In this document: positions 9,508 to 18,631 of the stretch, one piece after another
Numbering within the stretch: the stretch's first letter is position 1
Layout of the letters: each line of letters starts with the position of its first letter
Source of the DNA: an uncultured delta proteobacterium
Lineage (GTDB): Bacteria; Desulfobacterota; Binatia; Binatales; Binataceae
Length of the DNA: 64,000 bases
Reading direction: 5' to 3'
NCBI GenBank assembly: GCA_963808235.1
Contig: CAWEEQ010000001.1
Location: 128,001 to 192,000 of the forward strand
Translations under genes and position numbers: made by a program
Notes under the pieces: model-generated
The model's database searches: none
What the model saw: the letters and a program-made list of their open reading frames with translations, nothing else
Told to the model about the DNA's origin: nothing

Positions 9508-12500
9508 ATGGAACAGCTCTTCGAAGATCCATCGCTCGTTGGGAACACAGGCTACGAACTCTCGCCCGAGCAACAACACGTCTGGACGTTGCGATCTCAG
9601 GGCGCCGCAAATGCCGTGCAGTGCCGAATTTTGCTGCGCGGACCGGTCAGGCCGGAATTGATCGCTGACGCGCTGGCGATGCTCGTGAAGCGTCACGAGA
9701 TTCTGCGGACGGTCTTCGTTCAACCGCATGCCGGGAGTGATCCTTTACAGGTGGTGCTTCCCGAACTCGCGCCCGACATCGAGACTGTCAGCTTGCGCGG
9801 TCTGTCATCCGGACACCGTCATGAAGCCGTCTCCGAACTCGCCGCCGGCGAATTTCGCAATGATGACGCGCGGAGAGTGCCGGGACTGCGTGCGTTAGTA
9901 ATCGAGATCGCGCATGACGAGTACGAGTGTGTTCTCACCGTTGATTCCATGTACGCCGACCAACGCACGCTCGACTACCTGATGGCAGAATTTGCGGGCT
10001 GCTACGAATGTTGTGCGCGCGGAGGTGCGCGAACCGGCGACATTATTCAATATGCGGACTTCGCAGCCTGGCATAACGACATTCTCAACAGCGATGCCGC
10101 CGAGGTTGGCAAGGGGTTCTGGAGAGAAAGCGGTTTGGCGGCGGCCACTCATCCCCAGCTGTCGTACGAGAAAGGCACGGTGCGCGGGAACCACCTCTCT
10201 CCGAGGATTGCAACCGTCAATCTCGATCGACGTCTCGTGAGTGAAATCGAAGAAGTATCGCGCACGCTGGATTCCCGGCCCGCCGACTTTGTGATGTTGT
10301 GCTGGCAGACGGTCCTGTTTCGAAATACGCTGCAAAGCCCGGTGGTCGTGTTTGAAAGTTCTGACCAGCGCAGCGAAGGCGCCACCATTGGTCTCTTCAG
10401 CAGATGGCTTCCCATCGACACCCAGCTTTCACAAAGCTCGCGCTTCTCCACCAGCTTGCGAGAGTTGACCGGTCGTATCGATCGGGCGGCGGAATGGAGG
10501 GACTACTACGCAGAAGTCGACTGCGAACGCGGAGGTATCGCGTTCGAGTTCATCGACGAATTTTCCTCGATCGACGCCGCGGGCGTTCGGGTTGCGATCC
10601 GTGATCGCTTCGCGCCGGCGCCACAGTTCAAGCTATGTATGACGTGCTTCCGCCACGAAGATGCTTGGCAATTGGCCCTGCAGTTCGACACAAACGTCTT
10701 CACCACCGAGCAGGCGGAGAGTCTTCTGGCGCAGACCATCGAAGTGCTCCGAACGGCGACCGTGGCTTGCGATTACCTAATCCAGGATCTCGCTCTGATC
10801 GACTCACAAGCCGGCCACAAACTTATCGCGCATCTGAACCAGACTCAGACCGCTTACCCGCGTACGGCATCGCTTCAAGTCTTGTTTGAAACCCAGGCCG
10901 GCCAACAGACTGAGCGGGTCGCGGTGCGTTTCGGGGAGCAAACGCTCACCTACGAGGATCTCAGCGAACGCGGTAATCGCATCGCACTTCGACTCGCGGC
11001 CTTGGGAGCCAAGCCGGGTGACGCGGTCGGGCTCTGCCTCGAGCGCGGGATCGAAATGCCGATCGGCGTGATCGGAATCATAAAAGCCGGATGCGCATAT
11101 GTGCCTATCGATTGCGAATGCCCGCGCGAACGCGCGCATTTGATGGCCCGTGATGCCGGTCTGCGGCTCGTCTTGACCGACGCACGGGGAGCGGAGCTCT
11201 TCTCGAATGTTGAAGGCGTCAAATCTGTCGATATCAGTTTGACTCTGCTCGAGACGCCTAACCTCGGCAATCCGGCGTGCGCAACGGATGGCGACAGCAT
11301 CGCGTACGTCATGTACACGTCGGGATCGACCGGTGTCCCCAAAGGAATAAGCATTCCGCATCGCGGCGTCTCACGCCTGGTTGTCGACACCAACTACGTC
11401 TCTATAAAACCGGGCGATTCTATCGCGCAGGTCGCGAATTGCGCTTTTGACGCCGTAACGTTCGAGATTTGGGGGGCCCTCCTCAACGGCGCTGAATTGG
11501 TGATCATCCCGCGAGAGATCGTGCTCTCGCCGCAGGAATTCGCCGACGCTCTGTCCCGGCGGCCGATTAGAGCGATGTTTCTGACTTCCGCTCTGTTCAA
11601 CCAGGTGGCGCAGACGATTCCACATGCGTTCCACACGGTAGACACTCTCCTGGTCGGCGGAGATGCGCTCAATCCATTGTGGATTCGCAAGGTGCTTTCG
11701 TGCGAGGGGAGGCCGCGTCGCATCCTGAATGGCTATGGCCCGACGGAGAGCACCACCTTCGCTTGCGTGTTCGAGGTGAAAGAGGTTGCACAAGATGCCG
11801 TCGCGATTCCGATCGGAAAGCCAATCGCGAACACCGAGGCGTTCGTGCTCGACCACTGTCTGCGGCCGCTTCCGCCAGGCGTTCCCGGCGATTTGTTCAT
11901 CGCAGGCGACGGCTTAGCGACCGGATACCTGAACGATCCGAAACGAACCGCTTTTTCCTTTTTAGCGAATCCTTATGCCATACCCGGCTCGCGCATGTAC
12001 CGGACCGGCGACATCGCCCGTCTGCGTTTCGATGGGAATTTCGACTTTCTGGGACGCAACGACGATCAAGTCAAAGTACGCGGTTTCAGAATCGAGCTGG
12101 CCGAAATCGAAGCTGCGCTGATTGCGCATCCGCGAGTCGAGTCGGCGGCTGCAATTGTGCGGTCGGACCCTTCAGGCAACAAACGGTTGATCGCATACTA
12201 TGTCGAAACGGCTGGCGCGGAGGCCGCCCTGACCGTCGCCGACTTGCGGGCCTTTCTCTTAACTCGATTACCGGAGTACATGCTGCCAGCAGTTTTTCTC
12301 AGACTCGATACCCTGCCGCTGAACCTCAACGGCAAACTGGATCGAACGAGATTGCCGGAGCCCGCTGAGGTTGAGACAGAGTTCACACGCGCGCCAATTG
12401 CGCCACGCAACTCGGTCGAGCAACAACTGTCGGACATCTGGAGAAAAGTCCTCAACCTGAAAGAAGTCGGGGTGAAGGATAATTTCTTCGAGCTCGGTGG

Positions 12501-13998
12501 AGATTCGATTCTGAGCATACGCGTGGTCACCGAGGCCCGGAAATTGGGCATCGCTTTGACGCCCAAACGCTTTCTGCAATGTCAAACGATTGCCGAATTG
12601 GCTGCGGTCGCATCGTCGGAAGCTGGTTCCGATTATCCCGATTCGGAACCGCTGGCAGGATCGAGCGCGCTGTCCTCTTCTCAGGCATGGCACTTCGATC
12701 AGCCAGGCCCTGACTTTCATCACTACAACATGGCGATTCAATTGCAGGCACGCAGACCGATCGATGTCCATGTGCTCGAAGCAGCGGTGAACGCTTTGTT
12801 CGACTATCACGACGCGCTCCGTCTCCGGTTCCGCATGGGTGCGGAAGGCTGGCAGCAATCCACGGGCGACCGGTCAACGGCCACCCTGCTCACCACGATC
12901 GATTTGAGCCGTCTGGCGGACAGCGAGGCTCGCCAAAAAGCCCTGGACGATGCCACCAGCGAGATCCAGGCGAGTCTCGATCATTCCGACGGCCCGCTGA
13001 CCAGATTTGTCTACTTCGAGCTCGGAAAAGATTCGCCGGGCCGCCTGCTGATAGTCACTCATCACCTCGTAGCTGATGCGGTGTCGTTGCGGATTCTGGT
13101 CGAGGATCTTTTGACTGCTTACGAACAAATTAGTGGAGGCGGGCCGATTGCACTGCCTGCCAAGACCGCATCCTACAGCCGATGGGCCGATTACGTTAAC
13201 CGCCGCGTACGGCAAGGCGCTCTGGATCATGAACTGCAGTACTGGATCGAGGAGCTATCGCAGGCGAATGCGCCGGTTCGAGTTGATCGGAGTATAGATC
13301 CGGTCCAGGTCGACACGGAACAGTGGTCCCGGTCGTTCGTCGAGCGGCTGACTTCGGAAGATACGCGATTCCTTCTTCAGCATGCGCCCACCATTTACAA
13401 ATCGCAGTTCCTCGAGCTGCTGCTGGCTGCATTCGCTCGCTCCTTCGCCCGGTGGAATCGCGATCGCTCGGTCTTTATCGACCTTAGTATTCACGGCCGC
13501 CAGGACTTTGACGAGGAGGCACCCGACATCTCCCGCTCGGTCGGATGGTTCAGCGGGCTAACGCCCCTTCGTCTCAATTCATGCGGCATGGATGACCCCG
13601 GCTGCGACCTGAGCATCGTCAAGCGCCAACTGGCGCGGATGCCCAACGGCGGCATCGGTTACCAGATGATTCGCTATCTCGGCATGGAGTCGGAACAGAC
13701 GCGGGCCCTGCGAGCGCTGCAGGGTCCAAAGGTCTGCTTCGCGTATCTAGGCCAGTTTGATGAAAAGATCCTGGACCAACCCATCTTCGAGCTTGTACGC
13801 GCCAATAACGGACCTGCTCGAAGTGCTCGAAACGCCAGGCGATATACCCTCGAAGTGTTCGTCGGAGTGGTCAATCAACAACTCGAAATCGAGTGCAACT
13901 TCAGCTCGCTGCGCTACGATGACGCGAGCATTCGCGCGCTGCTTGAGGAAATGGCAGGGGCTCTCCGCGCGCTCAAACAGGATTCCAGAACCGCATAG
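9508..13998 (+). CDS. NRPS: degenerate C/interface-like domain - A - T - E
   Basis: N-domain GYELSPEQQHVW, RHEILRT but no HHxxxDG; A: YTSGSTGVPKG, NGYGPTE, YRTGD, NGKLDR; T: GGDSI; E: HHLVADAVSLRILVEDL, SRSVGWF, PNGGIGY, YLGQFD. Confidence 0.92.
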   Translation: MEQLFEDPSLVGNTGYELSPEQQHVWTLRSQGAANAVQCRILLRGPVRPELIADALAMLVKRHEILRTVFVQPHAGSDPLQVVLPELAPDIETVSLRGLSSGHRHEAVSELAAGEFRNDDARRVPGLRALVIEIAHDEYECVLTVDSMYADQRTLDYLMAEFAGCYECCARGGARTGDIIQYADFAAWHNDILNSDAAEVGKGFWRESGLAAATHPQLSYEKGTVRGNHLSPRIATVNLDRRLVSEIEEVSRTLDSRPADFVMLCWQTVLFRNTLQSPVVVFESSDQRSEGATIGLFSRWLPIDTQLSQSSRFSTSLRELTGRIDRAAEWRDYYAEVDCERGGIAFEFIDEFSSIDAAGVRVAIRDRFAPAPQFKLCMTCFRHEDAWQLALQFDTNVFTTEQAESLLAQTIEVLRTATVACDYLIQDLALIDSQAGHKLIAHLNQTQTAYPRTASLQVLFETQAGQQTERVAVRFGEQTLTYEDLSERGNRIALRLAALGAKPGDAVGLCLERGIEMPIGVIGIIKAGCAYVPIDCECPRERAHLMARDAGLRLVLTDARGAELFSNVEGVKSVDISLTLLETPNLGNPACATDGDSIAYVMYTSGSTGVPKGISIPHRGVSRLVVDTNYVSIKPGDSIAQVANCAFDAVTFEIWGALLNGAELVIIPREIVLSPQEFADALSRRPIRAMFLTSALFNQVAQTIPHAFHTVDTLLVGGDALNPLWIRKVLSCEGRPRRILNGYGPTESTTFACVFEVKEVAQDAVAIPIGKPIANTEAFVLDHCLRPLPPGVPGDLFIAGDGLATGYLNDPKRTAFSFLANPYAIPGSRMYRTGDIARLRFDGNFDFLGRNDDQVKVRGFRIELAEIEAALIAHPRVESAAAIVRSDPSGNKRLIAYYVETAGAEAALTVADLRAFLLTRLPEYMLPAVFLRLDTLPLNLNGKLDRTRLPEPAEVETEFTRAPIAPRNSVEQQLSDIWRKVLNLKEVGVKDNFFELGGDSILSIRVVTEARKLGIALTPKRFLQCQTIAELAAVASSEAGSDYPDSEPLAGSSALSSSQAWHFDQPGPDFHHYNMAIQLQARRPIDVHVLEAAVNALFDYHDALRLRFRMGAEGWQQSTGDRSTATLLTTIDLSRLADSEARQKALDDATSEIQASLDHSDGPLTRFVYFELGKDSPGRLLIVTHHLVADAVSLRILVEDLLTAYEQISGGGPIALPAKTASYSRWADYVNRRVRQGALDHELQYWIEELSQANAPVRVDRSIDPVQVDTEQWSRSFVERLTSEDTRFLLQHAPTIYKSQFLELLLAAFARSFARWNRDRSVFIDLSIHGRQDFDEEAPDISRSVGWFSGLTPLRLNSCGMDDPGCDLSIVKRQLARMPNGGIGYQMIRYLGMESEQTRALRALQGPKVCFAYLGQFDEKILDQPIFELVRANNGPARSARNARRYTLEVFVGVVNQQLEIECNFSSLRYDDASIRALLEEMAGALRALKQDSRTA

Positions 13999-14284
13999 CC
14001 GAGATCGCGCCAAGCCGATCTTCTCCGAGCCATCGGCGCGGGGGCATAACGCCACCGCGCCGTTTTTTTCACGCTGCCGCTCAATTGGCGCCATCTGCAG
14101 GACCTGAACAATCCGCCGATATCGGCGAACAGTCGCCGCGGTCCATGTCTCCGATCGGGAATGCGCAAATTATGATCGCTGTAATCTCTGGGCAATTTGC
14201 TCATCCACCCAAGGCAGCTGGGCTGGCAGGCTCTTTGCGATACACCCATCCGAACAGCCACTTGGAAGTGAGGGCCACACCACA

Positions 14285-15136
14285 ATGAAATACGATGTCG
14301 TCGGCGTTCTGGGCGCGGGAGTGATGGGCAGCGGTGTCGCCCAAGCGCTCGCGGAGCATGGACATCGAGTGGTTCTGGTCGACAGCTCCTCCGATGCGTT
14401 GAAGTCTTCGCAGCGGCTGATCGGCAAGAACATCCGGCTCGCCTGCTTGCTGAACAAGGAAGCCCGGCCCACCACCGATGCGATCTACTCGAGGATCAAT
14501 TTCTCGACCCGCTTCGACGCTCTCGCTGAAGCCAGGTTCGTAGTCGAAAACGTTACCGAAAACTGGTTCATCAAAGAGTCGGTCTATCGGCAACTCGATC
14601 GAACTTGCAGCCCGGAAGTGTGTATCGGCGTCAACACCTCCGCGATCTCCATCACCAAGCTCGGTTCGATCACAAACCGGCCTGGGCAGGTGATCGGAAT
14701 GCACTTCATGAATCCTGTGCCAGTAATGCCGACCGTCGAGTTGATTCGCGGCTATCACACTTCCCAGGCAACCATAGAGGCGGCGCAGACGCTGGTCGCG
14801 GATATGGGCAAAGAGTCGATCCTGGTCCAGGACTCACCGGGCTTCGTGACAAATCGGGTAATGATGCTGATGGTCAACGAGGCGATCTTCCTGGTGCAGG
14901 AGGGAGTAGCCACTTCGCAGGAAGTGGATCGGCTCTTCAAGACCTGCTTCGGCCACAAGATGGGGCCGCTAGAAACCGCTGATCTGATCGGCCTCGATAC
15001 CATTCTGTATTCAATCGAAGTCCTGTCCGAGAGCTTCGACGACAGCAAATACCGGCCCTGCACGCTACTCAAGAAGATGGTCAGCGCGGGATTGCTGGGA
15101 CAGAAATCGGGCGAAGGGTTCTATCGCTATAGCTGA
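14285..15136 (+). CDS. 3-hydroxyacyl-CoA dehydrogenase family (FkbK/ZmaG-like, extender-unit biosynthesis)
   Basis: GVLGAGVMG, NTSAISIT, GMHFMNP, SPGFVTNR, CFGHKMGPLETADLIGLDT; adjacent to ACP and ACAD. Confidence 0.88.
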   Translation: MKYDVVGVLGAGVMGSGVAQALAEHGHRVVLVDSSSDALKSSQRLIGKNIRLACLLNKEARPTTDAIYSRINFSTRFDALAEARFVVENVTENWFIKESVYRQLDRTCSPEVCIGVNTSAISITKLGSITNRPGQVIGMHFMNPVPVMPTVELIRGYHTSQATIEAAQTLVADMGKESILVQDSPGFVTNRVMMLMVNEAIFLVQEGVATSQEVDRLFKTCFGHKMGPLETADLIGLDTILYSIEVLSESFDDSKYRPCTLLKKMVSAGLLGQKSGEGFYRYS

Positions 15137-15187
15137 TCTAATTCTAATTCCGGCGCAACCCGGCACTTGCCAACACAGGCGGTCATT

Positions 15188-15448
15188 ATGGAAGCAACTG
15201 ACAAACTCAACGGATTCTTTTCGAAAAGCTTCGCAGGTCGGCAACTTCATCGCGACGACGACATCTTCGCATCGGGCTTCGCCAATTCGATGTTCGCGAT
15301 GCAGCTCGTTAACTTCATCGAGAAGGAGTTTCGGGTCGAGATCGAAAACGAAGATCTGGACCTGGAAAACTTTCGCACGATCGACCGGATCGCGAACCTC
15401 ATCGATCGCAAGCAGACAGCCAGCCGAGTCTCTGGGTCGGCGTCATGA
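15188..15448 (+). CDS. Discrete ACP of the amino/hydroxy/methoxymalonyl-ACP type (FkbJ/ZmaH-like)
   Basis: DIFASGFANSMFAMQLV (NS-type Ppant motif), DLDLENFRTI. Confidence 0.88.
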   Translation: MEATDKLNGFFSKSFAGRQLHRDDDIFASGFANSMFAMQLVNFIEKEFRVEIENEDLDLENFRTIDRIANLIDRKQTASRVSGSAS

Positions 15449-16260
15449 TGGACGGAGTTCAAAGTTCATTCGAACCTCGGCGCGACGAAGCCGCGGTTCA
15501 GCTTGCCAAAGGATCGTGGGCGACGATCGCCGAGCTACGCGGTTCCGCCCGGATGCGACTCTTCTGCTTTCCCTATGCCGGCGGCGGTTCCTGGATCTTC
15601 AATCGATGGAGTGACGGTCTTGGACCATCGTTCCAGATCTGCCCCATCCATCTCCCTGGCCGTGGCATAAGGTTTCTCGAAAGGGCGATGCGCAGGGTCG
15701 ACGAAGTCGCAGTAGCGGCAGCGCGAGCGCTCGCGCCACAAATCAACGCGCCGTTCGCCGTTTTTGGACACAGTTTCGGAGGCTTGGCGGCGTTTGAATT
15801 CGTGCGCGAACTCCGACGGGTGGGCGCGCCACAGCCAGTTGCGTTCGTCGCTTCCGCTTGTTCAGCTCCACAAATCCAGCGCGCGCGGCATGGTCTCCAT
15901 CGCCTTGAAGAAGGTGATTTGCTGGCAGCGCTGAGGCACATGGGCGGCACTCCCGAGCCGATTCTTCGGGACACAGAGTATATGCGGATGGTTCTGCCGA
16001 CTATTCGCGCCGACTTCGAAGCGCTCGAGACTTACGAATACCAGGATGAGCCACCGCTCGATTGTCCAATCACGGTCTTCGGAGGCAAGGACGACCGCGG
16101 GATGACTATCGAACAACTCGCGGGCTGGTCGGATCAGACGACGGCTGGCTTCAGGCTTCGCATTCTGGCCGGCGGACATTTCTTCCTGTCCACTCACGAA
16201 GCCGACCTGATGCCGCTCCTGGCTCGCGAGTTTGACGCTGCGCTATCTGCGGCAACCTGA
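15445..16260 (+). CDS. Type II thioesterase
   Basis: LFCFPYAGG, GHSFGG, IRADF, GGHFFL. Confidence 0.9.
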   Translation: MMDGVQSSFEPRRDEAAVQLAKGSWATIAELRGSARMRLFCFPYAGGGSWIFNRWSDGLGPSFQICPIHLPGRGIRFLERAMRRVDEVAVAAARALAPQINAPFAVFGHSFGGLAAFEFVRELRRVGAPQPVAFVASACSAPQIQRARHGLHRLEEGDLLAALRHMGGTPEPILRDTEYMRMVLPTIRADFEALETYEYQDEPPLDCPITVFGGKDDRGMTIEQLAGWSDQTTAGFRLRILAGGHFFLSTHEADLMPLLAREFDAALSAAT

Positions 16261-16270
16261 GGCAAGCACC

Positions 16271-17419
16271 ATGATGGATTCTACTACTTGCGAGAACGAA
16301 GTCCGTTCGGAAATCAGAGCCTTCGCGGTGGAGAAAGTCGCACCGCTTGCCGAGATCGTGGACCGCGAGCAGCGCATTCCTTCCGAAGTTCTTGATGGAT
16401 TGCGACGCAGATTTCTGGGTTGCGCGCTGCCGCGCGCGGCTGGCGGTGGCGGTATAAGCCCGGTCCTTTACGGGGTCATGAATGAGGAGCTGGGCCGCAT
16501 CAGCGCGTCCGTGCAGGGCGTGCTCAACGTCCACAACATGGCGTCTCAGCCGGTGGCGCGCTGGGGCGATCGCCAATTGAAAAATCGATGGCTGCCGCGG
16601 CTAGCCGGCGGAGAGCTGCTCGCCGCGATCGCGATCACCGAAGCCGCGGTCGGTTCGAATGCTGAGCGAGTGCAGACCACCGCCCGCCCCTCGGGCGATC
16701 ACTATGTTCTGAATGGCGCAAAACGATGGATAACTTGTGGTCAGATTGCCGACGTATTCCTGGTGCTCGCGCGATGTGGTGAGCTCCCGACTGCATTCCT
16801 TGTTCGGCGCGATACACCCGGTCTCGCCGTCGAACCGATCCGCGACATGCTGGGCTGTCGCGGCTACATGCTCGCCGAGTTGACGTTCAGCGATTGCCGC
16901 GTGCCAGCTCAGGATCTGGTTGGAAGGCCGGGTTTTGGTTTCTCGCACGTGATCTCGCACGGCCTCGATGTGGGCCGCTACGGACTCGCTTGGGGGTGCG
17001 TCGGGCTGGCGCAAGGCTGTCTTGACGTCAGTATTGAATATGCGTCCAGACGCGAGCAGTTTGGCTCTCTCATCCGCGATCACCAGTTGATTCAGCGTCT
17101 GATCGCGAACATGTCGGTCGGCGTCAAGGCAGCGCGGCTGCTATGCCGCGAGGCAGGCCGCCTGCGCGCCGACGGCGAGCCCAGCGCGATCGTAGAGACC
17201 ACGACTGCAAAGTACTTCGCTTCGCGGGTATGCGCCGACGCGGCGCGCGACGCGGTCCAGATTCATGGGGCCAACGGCTGCAGCCGGCGGTATGCGGTCG
17301 AACGTTACTTTCGCGATTCAAAGATCATGGAGATCATCGAGGGCACCTCGCAGGTGCTCGAACTGTTAATCGCCACCCATGCTTACACCGATCACGTCGC
17401 AGCCGCGGCGGTCGATTGA
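16271..17419 (+). CDS. Acyl-CoA/ACP dehydrogenase (FkbI/ZmaI-like)
   Basis: AITEAAVGSN, LNGAKRWIT, GRYGLAWGCVG, REQFG, AVQIHGANG, RDSKIMEIIEGT. Confidence 0.88.
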   Translation: MMDSTTCENEVRSEIRAFAVEKVAPLAEIVDREQRIPSEVLDGLRRRFLGCALPRAAGGGGISPVLYGVMNEELGRISASVQGVLNVHNMASQPVARWGDRQLKNRWLPRLAGGELLAAIAITEAAVGSNAERVQTTARPSGDHYVLNGAKRWITCGQIADVFLVLARCGELPTAFLVRRDTPGLAVEPIRDMLGCRGYMLAELTFSDCRVPAQDLVGRPGFGFSHVISHGLDVGRYGLAWGCVGLAQGCLDVSIEYASRREQFGSLIRDHQLIQRLIANMSVGVKAARLLCREAGRLRADGEPSAIVETTTAKYFASRVCADAARDAVQIHGANGCSRRYAVERYFRDSKIMEIIEGTSQVLELLIATHAYTDHVAAAAVD

Positions 17420-17431
17420 GGGATAACACCA

Positions 17432-18631
17432 GTGACGTACACGCAAAGCTATGACATTTCCGGGATGGATTCCGCCCTTGTTGAGCACATCACGAGCACG
17501 ATCCGGATCGGGCGCGAAAGCTTGGACTCGTGGTCAATCGACGAAAACTCGAAGACTCTCTTCATCGAGACGGGCAATCGCCAGGCGCTCGACTATATAG
17601 ACGGTTTCGTCGATCACGTCCGCGGCACGCGCAAGAAGCTGCGCAGCAAAGAGCTTCTCTCCAACTCAGCGCGAGATCTGTATCAGGGAGATATCGATCG
17701 CGACCTCGCGGAATCCGGTGAGGTGTTGGAACTGGACGCAGGCCTGGTCGGATTGCGCGGTACCTTGCTCGGACTGTTCCGGTTCTTCGAAAGCGAGTTC
17801 ATCGCGATAGCTCGCGAGTATCGAGCGCAAGAGCATCACTATCCAGTCATGATTCCGATCCGTATTCTCGAAGAGCTCAAATACTTTGAACATTTCCCGC
17901 AACAGGTAACCTTCTGTTCGCATCTGCCGGAAGACTTGCCGCTCCTCAGCGGTCTCGCCGAAGACGTCCACGCAAATGCGGGATGCTTGTCGGCGGCGCA
18001 GCGCGAGCGCCTTGCTCCGGCCAATCACGCCCTTAAGCCGGCCGTGTGCATCCCATGCTACCGGCAATACCGCGACACAACGTTGCCGCCGGGTGGAATC
18101 GCCGTGACGATGCAGAACCACGTTTACCGCTACGAGGGGGCTAACTTCCGGTCGCTCAGCCGGCTTTGGGACTTCTCGGTGCGAGATATCGTGTTCTTCG
18201 GCGAGGGCGACACCCTGGTTCGTCTGCGACAGGAGGCTGCGTCCCGCGCGATGTCGCTGTGCATAGAGCTCGATCTCGAGGCAAAGATTCAACTGGCCAA
18301 CGATCCTTTCTTTCTCGATCAATCTCGCGACAAACGAATCTATCAGCGCATGGGCGAGGTCAAATACGAACTGGTCTTGCCGCTGCCGCATCGCGGGGGC
18401 GAACTGGCAGTTTCGTCGTTCAACCTCCACCGCGACTTCTACAGCAGCGTTTACAACATTCGCATCGAAGACGGATCCCTGGCCGAGACTGCCTGCATGG
18501 GTTTCGGTGTAGAGCGATGGTTGTACGGTTTCTTGAGCCAGAAGGGACTCGACGCCCGGCGATGGCCGTCGCGAATCAACGATTTTATTCGAAGCAACGC
18601 CGCCGCGAGCGGCTCAGGACCAAACCCATGA
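17432..18631 (+). CDS. Class II aaRS-like (atypical SerRS-related) amino acid:[carrier protein] ligase
   Basis: YFEHFP, LKPAVCIPCY, YRYE (motif 2), RLWDFSVRDIV, ANDPFF, KYELVLPL, SFNLHRDF, TACMGFGVERW (motif 3): collinear with the motifs I recall for Bradyrhizobium/Agrobacterium aa:CP ligases. Confidence 0.82.
   Translation: MTYTQSYDISGMDSALVEHITSTIRIGRESLDSWSIDENSKTLFIETGNRQALDYIDGFVDHVRGTRKKLRSKELLSNSARDLYQGDIDRDLAESGEVLELDAGLVGLRGTLLGLFRFFESEFIAIAREYRAQEHHYPVMIPIRILEELKYFEHFPQQVTFCSHLPEDLPLLSGLAEDVHANAGCLSAAQRERLAPANHALKPAVCIPCYRQYRDTTLPPGGIAVTMQNHVYRYEGANFRSLSRLWDFSVRDIVFFGEGDTLVRLRQEAASRAMSLCIELDLEAKIQLANDPFFLDQSRDKRIYQRMGEVKYELVLPLPHRGGELAVSSFNLHRDFYSSVYNIRIEDGSLAETACMGFGVERWLYGFLSQKGLDARRWPSRINDFIRSNAAASGSGPNP

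Noticed and set aside
14000-14284. MbtH-like gene after the NRPS
   Set aside because: No MbtH signature in the frames I read; short ORFs here look spurious
14285-17419. Fatty-acid beta-oxidation genes or a methoxymalonyl-ACP cassette
   Set aside because: The interleaved NS-type ACP and TEII indicate biosynthesis; no FkbH or O-methyltransferase is visible (could be off-window)
17432-18631. Housekeeping or self-resistance seryl-tRNA synthetase
   Set aside because: Lacks the canonical bacterial SerRS coiled-coil arm and motifs; matches the aa:CP-ligase pattern and sits beside an ACP
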